Assembly (NCBI GenBank): GCA_009694375.1
Contig: SHVB01000006.1
Coordinates: forward strand, 51,017 to 115,016
Source of the DNA: Acidimicrobiia bacterium
GTDB lineage: Bacteria; Actinomycetota; Acidimicrobiia; Acidimicrobiales; VFJN01
Reading direction: 5' to 3'
DNA: 64,000 bases
Below the pieces are notes generated by a model. The model was not told where the DNA came from and searched no databases. It saw nothing but the letters and a program-made list of their open reading frames with translations. Shown here piece after piece: positions 52,543-62,554 of this stretch. Both the position numbers and the translations under genes were made by a program. Position 1 is the first letter of the stretch. The number at the start of each line of letters is the position of its first letter.

Positions 52543-53134
52543 GGTCCTCGGCGGCTTGCCGAACCTGCCAGTCGCGGTCGTGGCGTGCGTGTTCGAGGGC
52601 GGCGTCCACGGCCTCGCCGTCGAAGGGCGCCAATGCCAGCACGGCCCGCCGGCGCACCGCGGCTTTGTCGCCCGTGGCCGTCAGGATGGCCGCCAGCCCG
52701 GCGTCATCGCCGATGGCCCCGAGGGCGGCGACAGCGGCCTCCCGTACCAGCGAATCATCGTGAGTGGTGGTGAGATGGGCCAGCACGGCCACGATCCCCG
52801 CCTCGGGGGGTTGGCGCTCCCCGCTGGCCCAAGCCGCCACCTCGACCACGGTGGCATCGGATCCACTGAGGGTGTGGAGGAGCGACGGTGCCTGATCCCC
52901 GGGAAGCAGGGCTACTGCCTCGCACGCCCGGCGCGCCACGGATGCCGCAGTATCCCCCAGGGCGGCCTCGAGATCGTCGATGTGCAGGGCGCCCATGCGC
53001 TCGAGGGCGCCGATAGCGCTGGAGCGCACGCCGGGGTTGGGGTGGATCAGGCCCGGGCGGGCGGTGGTTTCGTCGCCGTCGTGTCCGGCGAGGACGACGG
53101 CGCGGCGAACTTCGCCGTCGTCGGGATCAGTCAT
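52532..53134 (-). CDS. HEAT-repeat protein
   Basis: Repeated helical units with the pattern ...VR..A..ALG... ([59 protein letters not shown]). ATG 53134 is preferred over 53188. Confidence 0.6.
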   Translation of the reverse strand: MTDPDDGEVRRAVVLAGHDGDETTARPGLIHPNPGVRSSAIGALERMGALHIDDLEAALGDTAASVARRACEAVALLPGDQAPSLLHTLSGSDATVVEVAAWASGERQPPEAGIVAVLAHLTTTHDDSLVREAAVAALGAIGDDAGLAAILTATGDKAAVRRRAVLALAPFDGEAVDAALEHARHDRDWQVRQAAEDLSD

Positions 53135-53358
53135 CGCGGCTCGTGGCTGAGCGATGGGATGGGATGGGGTCCACCACGGCGAGGCCACCCATGCCGGCGA
53201 GTTCGGTGCTGACCGCCATCGGGCCCACCCGGGCGCGGGCGCGTCGCCACCCGAGAGGTTGGCGGGGATCCCCGCCGAGCGGCGCGCCGGTGTCTTCCAG
53301 GTGTCTTCCTCCTGCCCGCGACTTGAGATTCGACCCGATACTGGCCACGCTGGGGCCG

Positions 53359-54474
53359 ATGCTACCGCCGGAAAACCTTGTGCCTCATCCGAGTGCGGAA
53401 GAGGATGAGCCGCGACGTCTTGGTCGCCGGTGGCGGATTGTGGGCGTGGTGGGGGCCGTGTTGGTAGCCGTGGTGGTCGCTGCCGCTTTGATTCCGGTGC
53501 CCTATGTGGCGCTGAGGCCAGGGTCGGTCTGGCCGGTCAACAATCAGATCACGGTGGTGGATGCCGACAGTTTCCCGTCCGACCAACCGGTTGCCTTCAC
53601 CACGGTGAGTTCGAGGTCCGCGTCGGTGCTGGAAGCGGCGGTGGGCTGGTTGGATAAGGATATTGACGTATTACCGAAGGAAGCCGTGCGGGGCAAGCTT
53701 TCGGCTGGCGCGAACCGTCGCTACAACGCCGAACTCATGGAGACCTCAATCTCCACTGCTATCGCGGTGGCGGAGGGGTATCTCGGCGAGGACGTGAGGA
53801 TCACCACCTCGGGAGTCATCGTGCGTGAGATAAGTCCGGATTCGTCAGCCGCCGCAGTGTTGGAACGTAATGACGTGATCGTGACGGTGGATGACGAACC
53901 GGTGGATGAAATCGGTGAGCTCGGCACCTTGTTGCAGGTGGGGGGACCGGGAGCCTCCCATACGTTGGGAGTGGAGCGACCGGCGGGCAGCACTACCCGG
54001 ATCAAGGTGCAGGTCACCACGGCGGCGGCGGAAGATAGGCCGGAGCGCGCCGTGATCGGGATTATTCCCCAGGATCGAATCGTGGACTTCGATTTTCCCA
54101 TTGATGTCACAATCGACTCCGGCACGGTGGGCGGACCCTCCGCCGGCCTGGCGTTCACGCTGGCCGTGATCGATACCCTGACCCCGGGCCAACTCACCGG
54201 GGGGACTCGGGTGGCGGTGACCGGCACCATCGCGTTGGACGGCACAGTGGGGCCGGTGGGTGGTGGTGTGCAGAAGGCGGTGGCGGTGCGACAGGCGGGC
54301 TACGACGTGTTCCTCGTGCCGACCAGTGAGTTCGAACTCGTGCGGGCCGCGGTGGGTGATGACGTGCAGGTGATCGCGGTCGACACCCTGGAGGAGGCTC
54401 TGGCAGCCCTCATCGAACTGGGGGGAACTCCGGCGGAGTTGGTGCCGCAGGCGGCTGGCGGTGGCGGCGGCTGA
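53359..54474 (+). CDS. PDZ-domain Lon-like (S16) serine protease, YlbL/Rv3194c-like
   Basis: Trimmed to ATG 53359. One TM helix, a PDZ (ISPDSSAAAVLERNDVIVTVDDEPV) and a Lon catalytic domain (GGPSAGLAFTLAVID...VTGTI.LDGTVGPVGG..QK). Confidence 0.85.
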   Translation: MLPPENLVPHPSAEEDEPRRLGRRWRIVGVVGAVLVAVVVAAALIPVPYVALRPGSVWPVNNQITVVDADSFPSDQPVAFTTVSSRSASVLEAAVGWLDKDIDVLPKEAVRGKLSAGANRRYNAELMETSISTAIAVAEGYLGEDVRITTSGVIVREISPDSSAAAVLERNDVIVTVDDEPVDEIGELGTLLQVGGPGASHTLGVERPAGSTTRIKVQVTTAAAEDRPERAVIGIIPQDRIVDFDFPIDVTIDSGTVGGPSAGLAFTLAVIDTLTPGQLTGGTRVAVTGTIALDGTVGPVGGGVQKAVAVRQAGYDVFLVPTSEFELVRAAVGDDVQVIAVDTLEEALAALIELGGTPAELVPQAAGGGGG

Positions 54475-54520
54475 TTTACCCGTCCCCGCCCCACTCCGGG
54501 CGTAGTCGTAGCATTCGAGG

Positions 54521-56539
54521 GTGATGGCCGAATCGATCGATAGCACCGGTATTGCCCGCAAGGATTTTGGCGTAGGACGCCGCGGCTACGAACAGCAGGA
54601 GGTTCGTGCCTTTTTGCATGAGGTGTCGTCGTTGGTCGAGCGCCTCCAGCGGGAGGCCGTGGCGCTAGAAGAGCGTGCCCATCGGGCCGAGGCCCGGCTG
54701 GGGATGTCGGAACACCCGGATGATTCGATGCTTCTCGAGATGTTGGGCGAGGAGACCACTCGGGTGCTGTCCTCGGCTCGCGAGGCGGCGGCGGAGATCC
54801 GCACGAAGGCCGAGGCAGCGGCCGAGCGGATCATCGATGCCGCCACCAGCGAGGCGGCCTCCACACGGTCCGAGGCGGTACGAGAGGCTGATCGACGCCT
54901 GGCGGAGGCCCTCACCGAGAGTGAGTCGATGCGTACATCGGCCCGCCAGGAACTCGATCGTCTGAGCACCGAAGCCGCCGACGCCGCCCGTCATCGCCGT
55001 GAGGAGTTGGCGGCGCAGGCCCAGGCCGCTCGCGAGCAGCTCGACGCAGATCACGAACGGGCGCTGCAGGAGGCTGCCGCGTTGGCCGAGGCCGGCCGGC
55101 TCGAGGGCCGCCAGATGGTGGCGGAAGCGCAGGTGGTGCGAGAGCGAGTGCTTCGCGATTTGGCCTCGCGGCGCAAAAAAGCCCGCCAGCAGGTTGAGAA
55201 ACTCAATGCTGGCCGGGAGCGATTGCTGGAGGCATACGACCTGGTGCGGCGTACCACCGATGAGGCCACCAACGAACTTGTGGTGTCGCTTTCCGATGCT
55301 CGGATGGCGGGGGAGAGTGCCACTCGGCAACTCGACGACGAGCCTGAATCCACCATCGAGCAACTCGAGGATGAGGTACGCAGCGCCGTATCGCTCGATC
55401 CGCACTTAGCCGAGGGAAAGTTGCTGGAGTTAGTCGAGGACATGGGAGACGATGCCCAGGACCCCGGGCCACTATCCGGCGAGGTGCCGGTAGTGGTGGT
55501 GGCGGAAGTGATCTCTGAGGGAGAGCGTCCCCTCGCGGTGGCGGTGCAGCCTGATGCGACCGATGCCCCCGGGGCGTCCGACCTCGCGGCGCGGCGCGGC
55601 CGCAAGGGCCGGCGCCGTAAGGGAGGCGCTTTCGACGGGTTGCCGTCGGGCGCGTTGATCCGGGTAGAGCCACCCGCTGACGGCGAGGGGATTCGGATTC
55701 TCGGGGAGGCAGAGGCCGACCCGGCGGCGGAATCGGCGACGGCACCGCTTGAGGAGCCGGGGGTTGTTGAGGCTGTTGCGGATCTTCCGGCCGCCACGGA
55801 TGTGTTCGCCCGCCTACGGGCCGATCAAACCGCCGAGTCTGAGTCTGGGCCCGAGGCGGAGGCGGAGGTTTCCGAGGATGCGGACCCAGAGGCGATTGAG
55901 GATCCCGCCGGTGTGCCCTTCCGGGCGCGCGATGCAGCGATTGCTTCGATCGATAAGGAACTCGCTCGTCGGCTCAAGCGCACGCTGGCCGACGAGCAGA
56001 ACGAGGTGCTCGACCGTTTGCGGCGGGTCAAGCCCAAGGGGGTGGATGATCTTCTCCCTTCGTCGAACGATCACGCGGCACGGTGGGCCGAGACGGCTTC
56101 GACGGCACTGTCAGACGCCGCTCGGGCCGGGGCGGATGGAGCGCCGCCGCCGTCGGTTGATGATCTGGTTGACGATCTGGCCAAGGAACTCACGGCTCCA
56201 CTGCGAGATCGGATCGAGCGCAGTTTCTCGGCCTCAGATGGGAACCTCGACGATGTGGCCGACCGCGTGCGGGCGGTGTACCGGGAGTGGAAGGGCCAGC
56301 GTCTGAGTGAGGTATCGCGTCATTTCCTCACCGCCGCTTACGGCCGCGGCTCGTTCGAGCAGTTGCTTCCGGGCGGGCCGGTGTGCTGGGTGCTCGACCC
56401 GGCCGCGCCCCCGTGCCCAGACTGCGACGACAACGTTCTGGCCGGGGCGATTGTGAAAGGGGAGGAGTTCCCGACGGGGCATCGTTGTGCTCCGGCTCAT
56501 CCCGGTTGCCGGTGTCTGGTGGCCGCGGCCAACCACTGA
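54521..56539 (+). CDS. DivIVA-domain protein with long coiled-coil/acidic region and a Mu-F/SPP1-gp7-like C-terminal Cys/His motif
   Basis: N-terminal DivIVA pattern IARKDFGVGRRGYEQQEVRAFLHEV, then a Glu/Ala/Arg-rich coiled coil. The C-terminus reads WVLDPAAPPCPDCDDNVLAG...PAHPGCRCLV. Confidence 0.8.
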   Translation: MMAESIDSTGIARKDFGVGRRGYEQQEVRAFLHEVSSLVERLQREAVALEERAHRAEARLGMSEHPDDSMLLEMLGEETTRVLSSAREAAAEIRTKAEAAAERIIDAATSEAASTRSEAVREADRRLAEALTESESMRTSARQELDRLSTEAADAARHRREELAAQAQAAREQLDADHERALQEAAALAEAGRLEGRQMVAEAQVVRERVLRDLASRRKKARQQVEKLNAGRERLLEAYDLVRRTTDEATNELVVSLSDARMAGESATRQLDDEPESTIEQLEDEVRSAVSLDPHLAEGKLLELVEDMGDDAQDPGPLSGEVPVVVVAEVISEGERPLAVAVQPDATDAPGASDLAARRGRKGRRRKGGAFDGLPSGALIRVEPPADGEGIRILGEAEADPAAESATAPLEEPGVVEAVADLPAATDVFARLRADQTAESESGPEAEAEVSEDADPEAIEDPAGVPFRARDAAIASIDKELARRLKRTLADEQNEVLDRLRRVKPKGVDDLLPSSNDHAARWAETASTALSDAARAGADGAPPPSVDDLVDDLAKELTAPLRDRIERSFSASDGNLDDVADRVRAVYREWKGQRLSEVSRHFLTAAYGRGSFEQLLPGGPVCWVLDPAAPPCPDCDDNVLAGAIVKGEEFPTGHRCAPAHPGCRCLVAAANH

Positions 56540-56563
56540 CCCGCCCCCGGTAGGCTCGCCGCC

Positions 56564-59509
56564 ATGCGTGCCCCCAGTGATATGCCCCCCCGGGCGCCGC
56601 GATCGGTTGGTTCGGGTCGTGGCCGCACCTGGCTCGTCGTTGGCGGGGTCGCCGTTTTTGTCCTGGCGATGTCGCTGCGGGGCGTAGCGGGTTTCTATAC
56701 CGACTTCCTCTGGTTTGATTCTCTGGGTAAGGCCGAGGTGTGGCGGGGGGTGGTGGGATCAAAGGTGGTCCTGTCGCTGCTCTTCACCGCCGGGTTTTTC
56801 ATGGTCATGTGGGTGAACTTGGTGATCGCCGACCGGGTGGCCCCTCGGTTCCGACCGCCGGGGCCCGAAGATGAGTTCATCGAGCGGTACCAGGAAATCA
56901 TCGGTGGTCATAACGGTTGGATTCGCTTAGGTATCGCCGGGTTTCTGGCGCTCATCGCCGGCACCGGAGTGGGGAGCGAGTGGGACTCCTGGCTGCTGTT
57001 CATCAACGGCGGGAAGTTTGGGATAGCCGACGCGCAGTTTGGTACGGACGTCGGCTTCTATGTGTTCAAGTTGCCGTTCCTCAGTTTCCTGGCGGGGTGG
57101 CTGTTCGCCACATTTCTGATCGTGTTGGTCGTGACGGTGGTGGCGCACTACCTCAATGGCGGCATTCGCATGAGTGCTGTGCACAATCGGGTTACGCCGC
57201 AGGTGAAAGCCCATCTGTCGGTTCTGCTGGCGCTACTGGCGCTGGTGAAAGCGGCGGGCTACTGGCTCCAGCGTTATGACCTCACCGTGTCGTCGAGAGG
57301 TTTCGTGGGCGGGGCCGGTTACACCGATGTGAACGCACAACTACCGGCGATCAATCTGCTCTTACTCATCTCGCTGGTGAGCGTGTTGCTGTTCTTGGTC
57401 AATATCTTCCGCCGTGGGTGGACGTTGCCGGTCGTGGGCATCGGACTCTGGGCACTGGTGGCAGTAGTGGCTGGGGCGGTTTACCCCCAGTTCATCCAGC
57501 GGATCACCGTGACTCCGAACGAACCGGAGCGTGAGCGCCCCTTCATCGAGCGAAACATCGAGGCCACTCGCGAGGCGCTCGGTCTCGACGCCGACGTGGT
57601 TCAGGTGAATACGTACGAGCTCGAGACCGACAAGAACGAGATCGACCTCACTGCCAGTGACGCTTCTATTCGAAACATTCGGATTTGGGATCCGTCGGAA
57701 ATCGTGCTGGGCCGCACCTTCCCTCAGCTGCAGCGCGTTCGGGATTACTACCGAGTGAACGACGTGGATGTGGACCGGTACGAACTCGACGGTGTGCCCA
57801 CGCAGGTGGTCTTGTCAGCCCGTGATCTCAATAGCGCCGGGGTGCCCCAGTCGTCGTGGGCGGCTCGACACCTCACCTACACCCACGGGTATGGCGCCAT
57901 TGTGGCTCCGGCCAACGCGGTTGGTTCCGGTGGCGAGCCCAACTTCGTGGGCAAGGACATCCCGTACGTTTCCTCCTATGGCGAACTCGCCCTTGATCGC
58001 CCCGAGTTGTATTTCGGTGAGAACCTTGATTCCTACGTAGTGGTGGGTTCCCGACAACGGGAACTCAGCTACGAGGACGACACCAAGACCCAGTTCACTA
58101 CCTATGAAGGTGATGACGGGGTTCAACTCGACAACTTCGCCAAGCGGGCCGCTTTTGCCGTTCGCTTCGGAGATGTGAACCCGCTGATCTCCGATCAGAT
58201 CACCGAAAAGTCGAAGATTTTGTACATCCGTGATGTCAAAGAGCGGGCGGCGACTCTGGCGCCGTTCCTCAAATTTGATGCCGACCCCTACCCGGTGATC
58301 GATGACGGCCGAGTGAAGTGGATCCTGGACGCCTACACGACGACTGATCGTTATCCCTATGCCGAGCAGGCCGATACGGCGCAACTCAGCGCCGGCAGCG
58401 GGCTTGACACGAACTTTAACTACGTCCGCAATTCGGTGAAGGCGGTGGTGGATGCCTACGAAGGCACGGTGGACTTCTACGTGATGCCGACGGATGACCC
58501 CATCATTGACGCCTACCGTCGGGCCTTCCCGGATCTATTCACCGACTTCTCAGAGATGCCGGAGGGGTTGCGGGCCCATCTGCGCTACCCCGAGGACCTG
58601 TTTCGGGTGCAGACCACCATGTGGGCGAGTTACCACGTGTCTGACCCTGACGGCTTCTACCAGGGCAACGACTATTGGGATGTGGCTCGTGATCCCGGCA
58701 CTACCGGGAGCGTTGGCGGCACCCAAACCACCGACAGTTCCGGCCGGGTGATCGCCGCCCGGGATGCCCGGATCGAGCCGTACTACCTCTTCACACAACT
58801 CCCGGGGGAGGAGCAGCCGTCGTTCGTTCTCGTGCGGCCCTTCGTGCCTATTTCCCGAGGCGACGACAACCAGTTGCTCACTGCGTTGATGGTGGGTCTG
58901 AGCGACGGCGACAGTTACGGCAAGTTGCAGGTTTATGTGATGCCGCGCGGCAATCTTCCCAAGGGGCCATCCCTCGTGCAGGGGGAGATACAAAGCGACA
59001 GCGATGTGTCGCAGACCCAGACGCTGCTCGATGGGGGTGGCTCCAGTGTGCAGTTCGGTTCCCTCACGGCCATTCCGATCGACGGCGGTTTGCTCTATGT
59101 CCGACCGTTCTATGTGACCTCGGACCAGACCGAGGTGCCCACTCTGCGGAAGGTGATCGTGTATTTCGGGGGGGAAGTGGTGATTCGCGACAGCCTTGAT
59201 GAGGCGTTGGCGGTGATCTTTGGTGAGGCCGGGTCCAAGCCTCTCGACCCCGATGTTGTGCCGGATGCGCCCCCGGGGGTGGGGACGCTGACCGAGCGGG
59301 TAGCGGAGCTGTTGGTGGAGGCCGACGCACTCTTCACCAAGGCCGACGAGGCCTTGCGCAACGATGGTGATCTGGGTGGCTATGCGGATCTCAACGACGA
59401 AGCGCGCCAGAAGATCGCCCAGGCCGAGAAACTCCTGAAAGAAAATGTCGGCGAGTCCACTGATCCCGGGGCCACGACCACCACCACCGAGCCGTCGGCC
59501 TCGACCTAG
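56564..59509 (+). CDS. UPF0182-family large membrane protein
   Basis: 981 aa. N-terminal multi-pass region with FYTDFLWFDSLG, then a large extracytoplasmic domain (YTHGYGAIVAP, DAYTTTDRYPY, NYVRNSVKAVVDAYEGTVDFYV, HLRYPEDLF). Confidence 0.9.
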   Translation: MRAPSDMPPRAPRSVGSGRGRTWLVVGGVAVFVLAMSLRGVAGFYTDFLWFDSLGKAEVWRGVVGSKVVLSLLFTAGFFMVMWVNLVIADRVAPRFRPPGPEDEFIERYQEIIGGHNGWIRLGIAGFLALIAGTGVGSEWDSWLLFINGGKFGIADAQFGTDVGFYVFKLPFLSFLAGWLFATFLIVLVVTVVAHYLNGGIRMSAVHNRVTPQVKAHLSVLLALLALVKAAGYWLQRYDLTVSSRGFVGGAGYTDVNAQLPAINLLLLISLVSVLLFLVNIFRRGWTLPVVGIGLWALVAVVAGAVYPQFIQRITVTPNEPERERPFIERNIEATREALGLDADVVQVNTYELETDKNEIDLTASDASIRNIRIWDPSEIVLGRTFPQLQRVRDYYRVNDVDVDRYELDGVPTQVVLSARDLNSAGVPQSSWAARHLTYTHGYGAIVAPANAVGSGGEPNFVGKDIPYVSSYGELALDRPELYFGENLDSYVVVGSRQRELSYEDDTKTQFTTYEGDDGVQLDNFAKRAAFAVRFGDVNPLISDQITEKSKILYIRDVKERAATLAPFLKFDADPYPVIDDGRVKWILDAYTTTDRYPYAEQADTAQLSAGSGLDTNFNYVRNSVKAVVDAYEGTVDFYVMPTDDPIIDAYRRAFPDLFTDFSEMPEGLRAHLRYPEDLFRVQTTMWASYHVSDPDGFYQGNDYWDVARDPGTTGSVGGTQTTDSSGRVIAARDARIEPYYLFTQLPGEEQPSFVLVRPFVPISRGDDNQLLTALMVGLSDGDSYGKLQVYVMPRGNLPKGPSLVQGEIQSDSDVSQTQTLLDGGGSSVQFGSLTAIPIDGGLLYVRPFYVTSDQTEVPTLRKVIVYFGGEVVIRDSLDEALAVIFGEAGSKPLDPDVVPDAPPGVGTLTERVAELLVEADALFTKADEALRNDGDLGGYADLNDEARQKIAQAEKLLKENVGESTDPGATTTTTEPSAST

Positions 59510-59535
59510 CGGGCCGGGCCCGGTCGTCGGGCAGG

Positions 59536-59564
59536 TTGCCGCCAGGGTGTCGCGCCGGTAGGAT
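59536..59564 (+). promoter_or_regulatory. Putative sigma-70-type promoter for the tRNA gene
   Basis: TTGCCG-N17-TAGGAT read directly. The -10 element ends 21 nt upstream of the mature tRNA 5' end. Confidence 0.4.
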
Positions 59565-59585
59565 CTCCGCTCCACACCAAGTCGT

Positions 59586-59662
<77 letters not shown>

Positions 59663-59677
59663 CCAAACAGCAGGTCA

Positions 59678-59708
59678 GGGCCCCGCCGAGTGCGGGGTCC
59701 TTCTGTGT
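59678..59708 (+). terminator. Putative intrinsic terminator after the tRNA
   Basis: GGGCCCCGC-cgagt-GCGGGGTCC (9 bp, one G-U pair) followed by TTCTGTGTT. Confidence 0.45.
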
Positions 59709-59980
59709 TCCGGGGCCCCTTTACAACACCCATACAACACGAGCTTTTGGCGGTCTTCGCGGGCGACGTTTGACCCGATCGCCGGAAGCGGGGGAACCCG
59801 CTGGTCACTGGGTCGACCTTGTGGTTGGTCAGCCCGAAGATTGGACCGGCGGCACGAGAGCCCGAAGGTCGTCATGACGCAACGAACCGCGAGCACTCAC
59901 GGACCCGACCGCGAGGAGCCCGACGTCGCGCTTTAGGCGGCTCGGGCGATAGGCCGGTCGCGAGAGCGCTCAGGTAAAGC

Positions 59981-60130
59981 GACGGTCAATTCACGACTGA
60001 GCGTCGTGCACGAGAATCGCGATGTGCACCCGGTTTGTGACTTCGAGTTTGGTGAGAAGACGCGAGACGTGCGCCTTGACGGTGGCCTCGCTCATGAACA
60101 GGGATGCCGCAACCTCGGCGTTGGATTTGC
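59981..60130 (-). pseudogene. 3' remnant of a LuxR/GerE-type HTH (response-regulator C-terminal domain) gene
   Basis: Hand translation gives SAHGKSNAEVAASLFMSEATVKAHVSRLLTKLEVTNRVHIAILVHDAQS*. The upstream LTxRE helix, the receiver domain and a start codon are all absent, and the frame closes at about 60188. Confidence 0.7.
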
Positions 60131-60461
60131 CATGGGCACTTGAACTCACATCCGCTACTTGTCGCGGATCCTGAGGTCTTGCAACTAATCGGCGACTTTA
60201 TCGAAGATTTTTCACAGCCCGATGGTTCGGTTCACATCCCTAGCGGCGCATACCTAGTCCACTTCCGGCGAGGGACGTGACGGCCGCTCCGAGGCAAGAC
60301 TGGGCGTTGCGCAGGCGGCCATCTCCAGAGCGTTCCCTGAGACTCGGCGCCGGCCTCAGCCCACCGTTCCATGGGGCTAGGCACCGGATACAGCGCGCAA
60401 CGAGGCAGTTCGCCGCCAAGCCCTTTGTGATCCTCCCGGATGTTGACCATGATCGTGCCCG

Positions 60462-62201
60462 ATGGCACTCCCGATCGACCTACTGACACAGCGGCTGCTC
60501 GTGGCCATGCACGCGGTGCTACCGGAGTCCGTGCAGGAGAGCGATCCTCAGGTGAGGCGTTCACAGGATCGACGGTTCGGGGACTACCAGGCGAATGCAT
60601 TCATGGGCATTGGGAAGCAACTCGCGATACCCCCACGAGCAGTTGCCCAGCGCGTTCTCGACGCGTGCAACCTCGCCGACCTCGTTGAAGCGGCGGATGT
60701 CGCTGGCCCCGGCTTCATCAATTTCACAATGCTCCCCTCAGTCATTGAGGTAGCGATCGAGGGTCTTGCAGGTGACCGCCGGTTGGGCGTGCGTCAGTCG
60801 CCCCCCGGCCGCGACAAGGTACTGATTGACTACTCGGCACCCAACGTTGCCAAAGAGATGCACGTGGGGCACCTCCGCTCGACCATTCTCGGGGATGCGC
60901 TCGTTCGCGTCCACGAAGCCCTCGGGCATGTCGTGATTAGGCAGAATCACATTGGCGATTGGGGCACCCCGTTCGGGATGTTGATCGAGCACCTTGTCGA
61001 GATCGGAGAGGAGACTGCCGTAGCCAAGCTAACGGTCGGTGACCTCACTTCCTTTTACCAGGAGGCCAGGCGGAAGTTCGACAGCGACTCGGCGTTTGCC
61101 GAGCGTGCGAGGCTTCGAGTGGTCTCGCTTCAGCAGGGCGACGCCGTGACGCGACGGCTATGGCAGCTGCTCTACGACGCCTCGCGCGAGTACTTCACAA
61201 CGGTCTACACAGCGCTCGACGTCAAACTCACCGACGACGACATTGTCCCTGAGAGTTCCTATAACGACGAGCTCGAGAGCACGCTGAGTGAATTGAGAGA
61301 AAAGGGCTTGGCGTCGCTCAGCGACGGTGCCTGGTGTGCCTTTCCTGCCGGATTCGTGTCTCGGGACGGGACTCCCATGGCCCTAATCGTTCAGAAGTCA
61401 GACGGTGGGTTCGGATATCAGGCGACAGACCTTGCGGCCCTTCGCGGGCGGGCACGGCGCTTGCATGCAACGCAGGTCCTGTACGTCGTAGGCCAGCCGC
61501 AATCGGTTCATCTGGAGATGGTCTTCGCAGTTGCGAAAGCGGCCGGATGGCTCGAGAACACGAAACCCGAGCATGTCGCCTTCGGCTCTGTGCTGGGCGA
61601 CGACGGTCGCATGTTCAAGACCCGAGACGGCGGTTCCGTCCGTCTTATCGACCTCATCGACGAGGCGAGGGCTCGGGCGAGTGTGGAGATCGGCAGTCGA
61701 ACGGCCAATCTTTTGCCGGACGCCCGGCGTGACTTGTCGACGATGGTGGGGGTGGGTGCCATCAAGTACGCGGACTTATCGAGCGATCGGATCAAGGACT
61801 ACACCTTTGATTGGGACAGAATGCTGTCCTCCGATGGCAATACGGGCCCGTATCTCCAATATGCCAATGCTCGAATTCGGTCTATCTTCCGGCGAGCCGC
61901 CGAGCGTGGGGTTCGTCCAGCCGATCGGATTGCTATTGGCCCAGGTGAGCGGGACCTGGCGCTGCAGCTCCTCGACTTCGGCGAGGCCGTGCTCTCGGTC
62001 GCTGCCACGAGTCAGCCACACAAGCTGTGCACCTACCTGTTCGAGCTTGCGCAGACGTTCAGTCGCTATTACGAGAACGTGCCGGTGCTGAATGCAGTTT
62101 CGGAAATCGCGGAGTCGCGTCTAGCGCTCTGTGGCCTCACCGGACGAGTCTTGGAGGAGGGTCTAGACCTTCTTGGAATTCGCTCACCCGACGCGATGTA
62201 G
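60462..62201 (+). CDS. argS: Arginyl-tRNA synthetase
   Basis: FGDYQANAF, GPGFINF, HIGH-type motif MHVGHLRSTILGD, GDWGTPFGML, KMSK-like FKTRDGGSVRL, NTGPYLQYANARI. Composition is visibly more AT-rich than neighbouring genes. Confidence 0.95.
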   Translation: MALPIDLLTQRLLVAMHAVLPESVQESDPQVRRSQDRRFGDYQANAFMGIGKQLAIPPRAVAQRVLDACNLADLVEAADVAGPGFINFTMLPSVIEVAIEGLAGDRRLGVRQSPPGRDKVLIDYSAPNVAKEMHVGHLRSTILGDALVRVHEALGHVVIRQNHIGDWGTPFGMLIEHLVEIGEETAVAKLTVGDLTSFYQEARRKFDSDSAFAERARLRVVSLQQGDAVTRRLWQLLYDASREYFTTVYTALDVKLTDDDIVPESSYNDELESTLSELREKGLASLSDGAWCAFPAGFVSRDGTPMALIVQKSDGGFGYQATDLAALRGRARRLHATQVLYVVGQPQSVHLEMVFAVAKAAGWLENTKPEHVAFGSVLGDDGRMFKTRDGGSVRLIDLIDEARARASVEIGSRTANLLPDARRDLSTMVGVGAIKYADLSSDRIKDYTFDWDRMLSSDGNTGPYLQYANARIRSIFRRAAERGVRPADRIAIGPGERDLALQLLDFGEAVLSVAATSQPHKLCTYLFELAQTFSRYYENVPVLNAVSEIAESRLALCGLTGRVLEEGLDLLGIRSPDAM

Positions 62202-62554
62202 TGACGGACGGCTCGCGCTCGATCTCTATGAGCCCGGGGCTTGCCCAAGCCTTCCGGCGGGCAACGTCAATCCAGGCTGGAGACGTGGAATGGCAAGGGT
62301 CGATCCAGAGGTCGGCCACGGCGTCCTTGCGATCAACTCTGAGATCGTCGCTCTGCTGTTGCGTTTGCCGGCTGCTCGGCCTTTACAAGGTAGGTGGCGG
62401 CGTCATCGCGTGCCAGGCAATGAATATGGTGAACGAGCCCATAGCTGTACCTGGGGCTCGTGCCGGGACCGCAGGCGCGGCGAGGCTGCCGTGCCAAGCG
62501 CCAGCCAGCCGAGTGGCACAGCAGAGCCGTAGAATCTAGGGACGACCCCCCACT

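Noticed and set aside
60131-60461. Possible T-box leader in the 330-nt region upstream of argS
   Set aside because: No T-box consensus (AGGGUGGNACCGCG-like) and no obvious specifier/antiterminator architecture was seen. The region looks like decayed DNA instead.
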